Source of the DNA: Catajapyx aquilonaris
Lineage: Eukaryota
DNA: 64,000 nt
Reading direction: 5' to 3'
NCBI GenBank assembly: GCA_000934665.2
Contig: KZ538475.1
Span: 1-64,000 of the forward strand
Position numbers and translations under genes: made by a program. Shown here piece by piece: positions 9,212 to 21,200 of the stretch. The notes below the pieces were generated by a model, which saw only the letters and a list, made by a program, of their open reading frames with translations, did no database searches and had not been told where the DNA came from. Each line of letters starts with the position of its first letter. Positions within the stretch are counted from its first letter, which is position 1.

Positions 9212-12200
9212 CTGGAAAAGAAAGCCATTATTGTGTTACTAGAACACTCGAGAATATTTGTCACAATTACAAATGGCACTTCAGTCACTAAATGAGCGCG
9301 AAAATAGGCTTGTTCTCCCACATTAGTGCGACCCTCTGTCAATAATTGTCGATTGCAGAATATCATCATGACTCTACACAACTCCCCACGCACGTGTGCA
9401 GTCCCGGTTGTAGAGCTTCAAGGATACGCGAAGTTCAAGGCAATCGGATAAGCAGGGTTTACGAAATTTTACAGAATGTTACCAAATTTACATATTTTGA
9501 AACTACTCCATGTTCTCATGGCAGTAACGCAATATATATTGACACCAGGACACAATGTTTGAAAAAAACAAGACTAAACAACCGCACCAAAAACACAACA
9601 AAACAATCCCCTCTCCCTTCTGGAACCTTGAACATAATTACATTTACGCCAACAAGGGGCAGTAAAATCAGCCTTTAAAAGAAAAAGCCCTCATCATCCA
9701 CTCCCCAACTACAATAACGAATATAGAGTCACAGCAGCGCATTAAACCGGCGGATAGCGAGCCATAAATCGCCAAAAATGTGGGTCACAGCCACACTCAT
9801 ATGCACTAAATCAGTACTGGGAAGCCGTCCAGATGCAGGTTCATAATGCCATTGTATCATGAGCTATTCCTGTTGTCTATGAGTCGGCCCAGGGCGGCTA
9901 GTAACCTACGCCTTTCATCCCCCCTACGATACGATATAAAGAGGAGACAGCAGCAGAGACGATGATGATCCCGCCTCGTAACCCAGCCCCGATAGCTCAT
10001 CGATCACACCGCCTTGAGGCCCGTCCATCCATCACCAGGCAGCCAAGAATCCCTCTTGATGGATGAGCCCCAAGAATGGCCCCTGCCCCTAGCCCCTTTT
10101 TAATGTTATGCAAACTGCAAGGCTTGCACCTGCATTGTCGTGTTTTTGGACGCACCTCTGCTGGTAATCTTGATGTGTGCTGCTGGGACTGTGGCCTGTA
10201 GTCGCAGGTCATCGTCGGTCATGAGTCTCTTGGACGGCGGAGGTGCTGTGGACTCGTCCTTGATTCGGATGCCGGATGCTGCGGACAGTTGCGGGTGGTG
10301 TCCGGGCATGTCCGGAGCGGCCAGGTTCAGTGCTTCCTTCTGTGGAGACAGGCGTCGGTCCTCGGAGGTAAGGGACGCCACAGACGCAGGGGTTGGAACA
10401 ACTCCTGAGCTGCTGTACAGGTTCCACAACGCCATTCTTTGCATCTCCAGGGCGGCCAGGGCGTCGCACGGAGACGAAGACGGCGGTGACACGGACCCTT
10501 ACCAAAAGAAGGAGGACATGAGGTCAAATCCAGCATCAGCTGCCATGACTCATAAAAAGCTGGCCCCCCCGTCCCCCCTCTGCAAAGCAAACCCTCCCCA
10601 CACACCCACTCTAGCTCTCTTGGAAAGCAAGCCTTCTTGCAGTTTATAATTAAACCCTTTTATTGTCCGGGCTATTTTTGATAGCTCTTTCGAGCAGACC
10701 CAGGAATCTCTCCTAATCTTGAGAAGAGGTGGTAATAACAGGGTCTGGAAATAAAAGAAACTGTGGGCTCAGGATAGATCCCAAACACCTCGCTGCCTGC
10801 TTCAAATGGGCCACTCTTAACCTCCATATTGCACCTTTTTTATATATATTCCTTTTGTCTGAGCCAGCCGTATAGTCTGCCGGGTATAACAAAGCGCGTT
10901 TAGATGTGCGACTGATAGCCTGTTCAATCATATACCCCCCTTACATGGCGATCCTCGTAAAAATCTGATTACACGCCTCACGCCATATAAATCCGAGCTT
11001 CAACAATGGAGGTTGCAAATTACAACTGGCTGCATACTTTTCCTTTTCCCATCATATTTACGTTCTACAGTTACAGACTTGGCCTGCTATACAATGTGGC
11101 AGATTGTGCAGCTATTTTGGCAGTGTCACCAGCAGAGGACATTCCCGCTCTTGGGACTGTCTCCGCGAGAATTGTGTATAGAGACGCAAAAAGTGATCGT
11201 TTCGAAAATTTATTAGAGGTCGCGTTTTTTTGCAATTTTTCTAAACCTTTCTGTACATAATTATAACCTGCCGTGCACACTTCCTGATTACTACACCTAC
11301 AACTCAAATGCGCTGAAATAATTGAAAAGCCAGTCAAACTGGCCCAAAATGTTTTTAATAATTAGATAATAGTTGACAGCAATAAAAATATTATTCTTGT
11401 AAAACATGGCTGACGGCAACGTTTTCTCGGAAATATTCCCAGGGTACCAATATTGCCTATACAGTATAATAATTACTTCGCATTTTTTGCCATAGAATAA
11501 TGCCCGAATGATTTTTTTTTGTAATATTTCCGCCATGTTTCCTATTGTGCAGAAGCATTTCCATAAAGTGCCGGCTAAAGAGGCAACTTCAAAGCGAGGC
11601 GAAACATGCAAATCGCCCGATTTTGTCCACCTGTTTCGCCAGTTAGTCTCATTGGCCAAAGCCTCCGAAATATTTCCGGAGGTCAGCCAATTATTACGCG
11701 AACTTGTTTTTTTCCCCCCACCAACATCACCTGACTCAAGTGCTCCGAGGGATCAATCGGAAAGGGGCCGGAACATGTTAAAACTGTTGGTTGCCAAAAT
11801 AAATGCACAATTCCTTTTCCCACCTCTCATGGGAGCTGACATGGCATTTGCGGAATGCAATCGCAACCTAAGGCTGAGCGGAACTGCGGGTTAGACCAGC
11901 ACACACGTTGGCGCATACCGTGCCGGCAACCCCCCACCTTGTTAACTAGCCAACTCCCCAATTCCTGTTGGGCTAACAACCCTTTTCCTTCCTGACTTCC
12001 CAGTCTCTTACCCTCCTCTGGCTGCCATCTCATCTCTCGCACATCCATCTCCGCAACACTTACACATGTATGCGGAATGCACGCATAAAGATCTGAGGTT
12101 TCGCCACCATTCTACTTCGAGGCAGTGCGCCAATATCGCTTGTGCAATTTCAAGGTGTTTCTAAAGTTAGGAAGCCCCTCCACCACCCCCCAGTATATCC

Positions 12201-15200
12201 CCACCGAAGAGAATGTCGAAGCATAAAGCCCTCTTATATAGCCGAGTCGCATTCTCTGGAATTTGAAATCGGTTGATAAAAAGCCCGGTTGCTGCTGCTG
12301 GGGAGGGAGGGTTCTGTCTCTGTGGACTGGCTCGTGCCCAATTTGGCATCGGTCCTGGCGCCTCCGGTGGATTCATCTGATATACCTGGCGATAATGCAA
12401 TTTGCTGCCACGGCTCCTTCCCAGCAAGCCTAATTAAATCTGGACGTCAACAGCCACTAGACGACCCGACACTAAATATAGTCCGTCCGAAGCTGCTGGA
12501 TTCACCTATTGCGACAATTTGGTGGGCTAACCTACTCTTGTAAGACACATTGTCGGCATTGTAACACCTTGTCTTCAGCATGTCCGTGCCACGAGTCGCC
12601 CCTCAAATCAACCCGTGATGGATGGGGGCCGCCCCGGATCTGAACCTTGCCCAACATCCCCCCCTCGGTACATACACACACACAAAAAAAACGAAGAAGC
12701 GCAGCATGGGGAGCGAACCGATTGCTTCTGGCGTGCCCCAACCCTGCAGGTAGCCTGATGAAGCTGTTATTGTTCCATTTCGACATCGCGCGGCTTGGCG
12801 TCTATTAATATCCGCCTCCGGGGATGGCCTCCCTCGCTAAATAAAGGCCAGCGCCATCGTCTTGGCTCCTATACCCGAACCCTCCTGTTCTCTTTTTCTT
12901 CGCTTATACCCGCAGCCTTATCGAATCGATCCCTAGTTGTCAGGCAGCTCGTTGGTGTCCGGGGTAAGAAACAGGGCTCCATCCCCCATTAATCATTGGG
13001 TAACGAAAGGGGTTTTTTGGCTGGCTCCAAACACACCCCTCCCTATAGCTCAACCCTGAAAAACCGAAACCTGTGATTAATTGGGCGGATGAGTAAGCGG
13101 CTGCTCATCTGATATTGTCCAGGGGAGGGCAGCACAACCGATATCAGGCCAAAAGAAGTAGCGATTTAATTATAGCTCCCGCCACAAAATAAGCGGTGGG
13201 GGTTTATTATTGGCACACGCTGGCTTTTCAATTGGTCCGCCAGCCCGCCTCTACTTTGGCCTTATATGACCGGGATCAGATCGCGCTCCTTGAGTAATCA
13301 AATTTGAGCCGAGGAGTACACTCGCGTCCAAAAACAAACCAGGAGCTTCAAAGTTTGATATGAATTATCTGCGTAACAAGGCTGCGGATACTTAATGACT
13401 TCTCCGCATAAAGCGACCCTTCTAGTCCCCCACCGTTTCATCCTGAAACGTTGCCGCAATAATTACGGACCACCCTGTATACCTTCTTGGAACATAAGAC
13501 ATTATAACAATGAGCGCATCTTTTTGCTCCCGACTGTACTGTATAGCCGGGGCTTGGCACCCGTTAATAATTGTGTAATTGGCAATGAATGGCGGCGCGG
13601 GCAAGCCGTTTGCATATCCGCTGCAACATAACGGGCGGCCATTATTGGCTTTCTCAAGCGCGTCCCTGCTTCCAACCCTGTAATTACGCAGATTTGCCTT
13701 GGAAATGCTGGTATTCATCAATATTTGCCCTTTGTTGGGGCGGCTGCAGAATAATAATAATAAAAAAACCGAGAACCTTGAGAGTGAGTCCCCCTCGCAA
13801 TTACAGAGTAACCTCCGTCCATTTGGAGCTGCTTACGATCCTTATTATAATAACGAATGCCTTTTCTTCTCCCTGTCACGCCGGCCATTAGGCAGCGACC
13901 TGTTATTTTCATTTAGCAGCGGTACAACTTGGGCTCTCCTGACGTCACACACTGGGTGGCTCTCGTCTGCTTTTGCTGCTGTGTTGGTGTCCCCTCGGGC
14001 GATTCATCTTCCGGGGACGGACCACGCCAAATGGGACAGGTTAGGTGCAAAAAAGAGGCGGTTTTCTAAAAAGTCTACTTCTGGGGCGGTCCAGGCTTCC
14101 GACCAAACACTTAATCCGATCCGGATTCAATTGCTATTTTGTGGGGGAAAGATGCAGTCGACCGAACCACATATTGATGGACTAGAGCTGAAGACTAACT
14201 AGGACGGATTTCATATAGAGGTTGACGAAATTGCTCCCAAATTACATGCCATTTAACCAGACATCTAGCCATCCTAGCTCTTGGAATTCAAGTTTGACAA
14301 TGTAAGTAACTTTAGGGCTTAAAATGTGAAAGCATATTACTTTTAAATTAATGCCTTGATTTTTAAATCATTTAAATCATCTTTCTAGCTGCAATCGATT
14401 TTTCGGTAACATTTTACGTTTTAATTTTTTTAAAATTGGCTAGCATTTAATAATCCTCCGATTCATAGCAGTTTTGCACGTTATGTGAGTCAATAGGCTA
14501 AACGATGTTGTTAAGCTAGACAACCTCTCTGAATTCAGTTCCTGGTCTCCGTATACGTCGAGCAGGTGATAAGTGGTGTGTGCAGGTGCAGTTGCGACAA
14601 CGTTGGTGAAAGACTTGAACTGAGAAGTGTGTGGTTGGCGCCCTCGACGCCTCTGATTTACAGCCTTCACTCCAGCAAGAGCAATAAAAATCCATGATAA
14701 TAGGAAACAAATTTGAGGCTTTCCATTATAAGCCTACCTCTTCACATATACACGAGTTGAAATGCTAATTAACATGCGCCCAAGACTTGATATTCAGCTT
14801 GCAACACTCCAGCCAGGTAAAAGAAAATATTCGACACTGAATCAGCATATGCTAGATTATGTGGTGTCAATTGGCACAAACTTCAATATATTGAACAATT
14901 GCATTTCGCCATATTTTAGGCTTAATTTGGGCCATTTCCCAATTAAAGTATTTAAATAAATGTAACTTCCTTCCTACAGTACAATATGCACGTTTTAAAT
15001 TTTTTTTAAATTGGCCACTTACTCCAAGCGGAAATTCTATCCCAGTAACATCAAAATCAAGACTGAATTTTTCCCTCAGAATAATCATCCTCAACAGCAA
15101 TTGACAATAATTTTTAACCTCTCAAACACAGCAACTACTTAAAAACAATTGTTGTCGTTTAAAGGATTTTAGTCCTGGCAATATGAGGTACGCTACATCA

Positions 15201-18200
15201 TTCTGCAATTGCTCGTTAGAAGCAGAGTCCTGAATGGAGCCAGGTGGTAAACCCGAATAATTTCTGTTCGGCTCCGAATAATGCGGGTCTTTTTGGAGGG
15301 AAAGAGAAGCCGGCAGCCAAGTACATAAGCTCTTTCCCAGAGGAATGATCCTGGTCTATTAATGAGAAGCGGGGGCATCGTAGCGTGCTGGGATCTCCTC
15401 AAAAGAAGGGGGCCTCCCCGAAATTGGGTGCGCTTCTGAAAAAGGTGCCGACCGGACCACGTCTCTATATATACGGGACACTTCAATGCGCACCCGATTG
15501 GGCCAGGGGTTTATACGGCCTTAAATCTGCTTCTGGCCTGTCATTATTGTAGACGGGTGGATGCAACAGCAAGCAAGCAAGCAAGCAGAGGGTGGTTGGT
15601 GATGGAGGAGGAGGGTTTAGGACTAGTGGGGGTGCAATCGCCCTGGCCTCTGTAATCTGCCTTTGCGCAAACAAAGCCCAGCAATCATCCCGTGGGTCAT
15701 CAGTAGGGCTTGGGTGCTGCTACTCTTGACTAGTCTCGTGGACACCGGATGCGACTGCTGGACATGGATGGCATCGTCGTGGGTGGCACCCATTCATTGG
15801 GAGGGAGAAAAAAAATCAAGGCGCAAGGTTGATTTTACTGTTTTTCTTGAAATTTCTCCTTCAAATATTTGTTGAAAAAGTGATAATTTTATGAGTAAAT
15901 AATTGCACATTGGAACAACTTCTACTAGAATTTATCAAGGTACACAGTAAGATCAGTCTTTCTTCGTTTGTTCCCGAGAGAGGCGACATGGTCTAACGCA
16001 AACCTGACCTCACCGATTAATCACCGCCGGGGTTTTCTGTATATGGAAACGGGCAGATTTATCTGGCAAACAATTGGCCGGTTGTCATAATTCCCCATCC
16101 ACCAAAGTGCATTGACATACTAAAGATGGGAGCCCCTCAAGGACCGCCCTGGCACCAGACATATCCATTTGCTCCTTTCCCTTTTAATCCTCCAAGCCGC
16201 TTCTGTTTGCCTTTCTAATTTAGTTTTTTTTCTGTGCGTGATGTGTGTTTCTTAGCCCTGCCGCTGACCACCCAAGGAAAATCGGTTTTTGAGCCTTAAA
16301 ACTTACCGAATCGTCCTTGGCCCCCACAGCACACTCCTGAATAAATTTTTGTTTGGAGCAACACCGCACCTGATGCTGCGGCCTGAATCCGAATGGGCCA
16401 CTTGATGCCCAGTGTTTTTTCTCGGAAGCTATCAGTCGCTTCCGGCCGTCGCAACGGGCCCTAATTACGGGGGATCAACAAGTTTGCGCTGCCTACACCA
16501 TTATTATACCATCCGCCTGGCGCTTTTCAAAATCTAATAAAACCGCCGCTGCTGGATTATGAAGGATGACTTACAAAATGGCTTACCTGGCATGGCGTGA
16601 GCTCCGTTGCCGTTGACCTGGGGTCTGGAGGTGACCAGGCTCAAGGGAGACACTTGCGCGGATAACCCTTGACCTCTTGGGACCATGTCCGCATAAGCGC
16701 CGTAGCTACTCCGCCGACCTTCTCTTCGGTTGCCGTCAATGGCAGCCTGCAACTCTGCAGGGGTGCTCAGCTGCTTCTTGTCGCATTCGTACGGGTAAAG
16801 GTACTTCATGTATCTGCAATGTAGTACACGGAAAATGTTGAGCCAAAGTATATATTGTGGAGTGCAACCACCATGTTGTATATATATTATTTGCGTCTTT
16901 CTTGCTGCAGGCAATAACCGGAACGAATAGACATCTGCAGCTGCACGCGTTGCAATAAACATGCACTGAAATCATCGCATAACAAGAGGGAGAAAATAAT
17001 GGCTCGGCAAAAGTGCCGGATGTTCATACGCTATACACCGAACAGTTTTATTTGCCTATAACTCTCGAAGAAAATGCAGATATACCTGTTGTACTGTGCA
17101 TTCTGTCTCGGAGTCGGAGTTTTACTGCTGGACATTTTTTACGTGTTTATTAACCCTGTCAATAGGGCCGAATTAGAAAGAGGTGGGGTATAGCTGAGGG
17201 TGCCTTGAAATATGCCCGCAATGCTGCAATCGGCACTTCAAGTGAGCAATTGAACTTTCACGTCACAGGTATCTCATATAACATCTTCAGATCGGCGGAT
17301 TAGGAGGAGAGTAATATATGGTCTTTGTCACCGGCTCCATTCCCTGCCGATCAACTCGAGCAGGCCGTGGCGGGCCTGTACACACGATATATTATGTTCA
17401 AGTGTGTGCTTACTGAGTTCTGAGGGTGAAGGCGGCAGAAGTTATGGAGGATGGCAGATGGAGTCCCTTGATTATCTCCTGCCAGAGCTTCTTGTTGATG
17501 ACATCCACGAGTCCACCACGAGCAATGACTAGGTTGTACAGTTCGTAGAGATCCAGTACCTGCTTGGCCATTATGGGCAGCCGATTGATGGGAGTCCCTG
17601 AGGAAAGAAAAAGGAGACACAATTTTCAAAATGGTCCGAGACAAAGCGTCATGTCCTAATGTAAATATGGTCATAGTCGAGAGTATATCAGTGTGGCTTG
17701 AACAATTGACGGGCTGTTAACCGCCAACAGGTGGCGGTTAACATGGTTTTCTCCCGACCCCTTCAATATATTGTTCCATATATTTTTACACCTGTTGGTG
17801 GATCCAGCCATTAAAAATTCGCTTCTCGAGAAGACGCTAAAAGTATCTATCGGCATCTCCAGCCCAGAATGCACCTCCTCCCTTAGATCCAACTCTGAAA
17901 CCACCTCCCATCTTTTCGAGCAAATATTGTTCCTAGCTTTTCCTCCGGCCTGAATTAGGCCCACACCTCGCAAATATCGCTTGGGCCAACATCGTTAAAG
18001 AGCCGGAGAACCCCCTCCCGATGCATAGCATGCGATCGAGCTTCTCTCGTCGGTCGCAGCTGCCGCCCTGTGATGTTTGCCTGGGAACCGCAAACATCCT
18101 GGCGGCACCAGGGCGACGGCCGGCAACTTCCTCTCGATCTCTTGTCGCCCCAAGGCACCAACACCATCCAACAGAAAAAGGTCCTCCGACCCCTACAGCA

Positions 18201-21200
18201 TCCGCTACACTTCGAGCGTTCAAGTCTCCCGCATACAAACGACTCCCTTTATAATATATTTTTTCGCTGCCCGGTTATTCCCTCCCCGTGCTAAATTGAG
18301 CACACAAATGCCCCTGGAAAATTGCCTGTCACCGGGGGAATGCTAATTTGGCAATGTGCACTACCATCACGTATGGAAATCCGGACGGGTGAGGAGAAGG
18401 TGAAGAAGTGGGACGCAAAGAGTGTATGATTCCATGCGGGGCCTTCATCAGCATCGCATATTAGCGAAACGGCGTCCGAGACTCGGCCAAAGTGGTAATG
18501 AATCCTTGTGCATATGTAGGAGCATGGCTTTTATTGCCTCATACGATAAGTCAAGTCATGTCTCGGGGAAGAGAAACGCTTTCATCAGAGATTTGTACTC
18601 TCGAATAGGTGTGTAGCATTTGGCGAATTTTTTGCACGTTGCGTACTGGACCATAGCAAGCAAAAAAATGAACTATGATCATTATGATGAGATCCGCAGG
18701 TGCTGCACGCTCTGCCTGCGCAATCTCGCACCTGAGAAACAAAGGACCCTATAAACTGGCAGGGATTTCGCCATAATCATCCCCCCTCCTCTCTTCTTAA
18801 TCCTGACAAAGATTTCTTTGCTAAATGCTCCTCCTGGACTGGCGTTAATGGGAAGATACAGTATAAACCTGCATTCACAATTCATAGCTTGCTTGCAGGC
18901 CATTTCCCAAGCAATAACTCAACGTCACCGCCCGCATTACCTTGAACAGATTAGCTGAGGGAGAAGGGGGGTGGATTGAGTGTCGGCATGTAAAAAAAAG
19001 AGGGGCAACACCACAACTTTCCCATCTCTTGTTATATTACACCTAGCCATATATTCCATCCTCCCCGCCTTTCTTCGTTGTCCGTCAGAAGTCTACTGCT
19101 TTTTTTGCACGGGCAATATGTAATTAAATCCACCGCGGCTCTCCCTGGCTAAACTGGCATTACACGACCGTCAGAACCAGGTTGCTGGGTGATTAAACGA
19201 CCCGCAGATGCTGAGGACTTTTCACTCGATCGGTGGTCCATGACTGACCCCGCCTGATTCTCCCAGAAGGAGCGCACATGGACCCCACCAGATGCAGAAG
19301 CATCGAATGGTATCCGGAAAAGGAGAGTTTCCGCTTCACCAAAACTTTTGCTCCCCCTAGAACCGCAATGTCAACAAATATCGGCATCGCACCACTTCTG
19401 GGCCAGATGGTGTATTTCCCCAGGCTCACCAGAAGCAGGATTCTCCCCCACTATATACTCTTCTCTCAAAATCAGGCTGACCCTCCAATCAATTCCAAAT
19501 CCTGATAACTTCCTGTGCATGATGCACACGGAAAATGGACCTCTCCAGAGAGATGGATGGACACCACTCGAGCTCCACTCGTGGTCAATTATACTCTCCA
19601 TACAAGCATCCGCCAGTGGATTCAGTGGGTTCTCTCAGTGTTCGTGTCGGTTTTCTAGCGATTCAAGATTTTTTGAAAATTTGGCTGGTATGGTTGCTGA
19701 ACTCTGGGTTGAATATTAATCATGCAGAGTCCAGGATGGTTCATGCACACTTATAGCAGTGTCCATGCACGGGGGGTTCTGATAGGTGCTCCACCCTTGC
19801 TTGGGCCACTCATCATCCGAACTCACGACTTCCCCCAGCAACGATACCATCTCCATCCTCTCATTCCCACTCAGCTCTCCTGCCTCAGCGTAATATTAAT
19901 TGGAATCACATACGGAGCCGGGAAATTGGACAATAAAATGTATCAAATATATTGTGGCTCCTCTGACTGCTGCACGGCAGGGGGCCAATATTTACCAGCC
20001 AAGTCATTTACGTCGACTGTCAAGATACGTTTCATATATTTATTCCGTGGTTCTGCCCACAGCACAGGTCTGAATTATGCAGGCCAGAAATGACGAAAAA
20101 ACCTGTGCAAATTCGCCAGTCCGTCAGGTTTGGTTTATACGGTAAGGATTCAGGCTCCGTCCCACATATCCAAGTGACTTGCAAAGGACGGGGCCCTGTC
20201 GATGACAATCATCAGGCACCCAGAATAAATTCGTCCAGCCTGAAGGACGCTCTCTCTCCGGATCCTCTCCAAGGCAAACAAAAAGGCCCCGCCTCCTCCG
20301 AGCCGGAAATAGCAGTTCATCAAAGACAAGTCTCCCCCGAGATCATATGCCTCGTAACCTATCACGTCGGAGGCCAGCTTTCTCCCGGGGGCCAAACAAC
20401 AGGGTGCACCAAAAAAGAGCCGAATTAGTCCCGATTCAGGATAGTAAGAGGCTCAACGGGGGTTCTTTGCAAATGAGCCCAAGTGGCCTCCAAAGATGCC
20501 ATTTTTTTTCAGTCTTCAGAGGGTGGGATGGGGGGGAAATAGTTTTGGTGGGGAGCAATCCCGCCCCTCCTCCCCGCCTCGCCCCTCTAATCCGGACAGC
20601 TTTACGATCGGTCAATCACAGGCCTGCAGCGTCGTAAAGCTCTCCATCTCCCATGAAACGGGTTGCGCCCAGAGGATAGCTGCCTTGCCCCCCGCCAGGC
20701 CTGGGCGACAAAAGCCCCTGACCGACGCCGCGGGCCATAACCATTGGCCCCGAGGTGGGAGGCCCAACCACCACCTTTGCCCCCATTGCCTTCGATTCCT
20801 CCCCCCCAAAAAAACTTGCCCCGAATTTTTTTTGCGTGTGGGCTCTCTTTTGCTTGTTTTTCGGTGTAAAACGCGAGAAAAGTACTACCTGCAGGATTCA
20901 ATTACTGTCCACTCCAGGGAACCGACATAACCGGCCCGACCTGGTAGGGGCCCAGGCCCTGTGAAACACCTCCGTGTGAGAGAAGGCATCGGGCTTGTCA
21001 AGATGACAGTCGCACGGGGTGCAAACAGTCAACCCCTGAAGAGTTAAGTGCGCAAAAGATGGGTCGTATGCAGGTATGGGGATGGTGCAGGTCAAATTCA
21101 TCCTGTCGACTTCGTGGCTTGAGAGATATTTTATGCGCTACTGGCAAAGTTATTTATTTGTAGCTATATATAAGAGCACAAGTCCTTGAGGTACAGTGCT

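Noticed and set aside
13560..13620. Extra dri cassette exon between 16587 and 10497
   Set aside because: Phase-compatible, but the donor (GTGCCA) is weak and there is no homology support.
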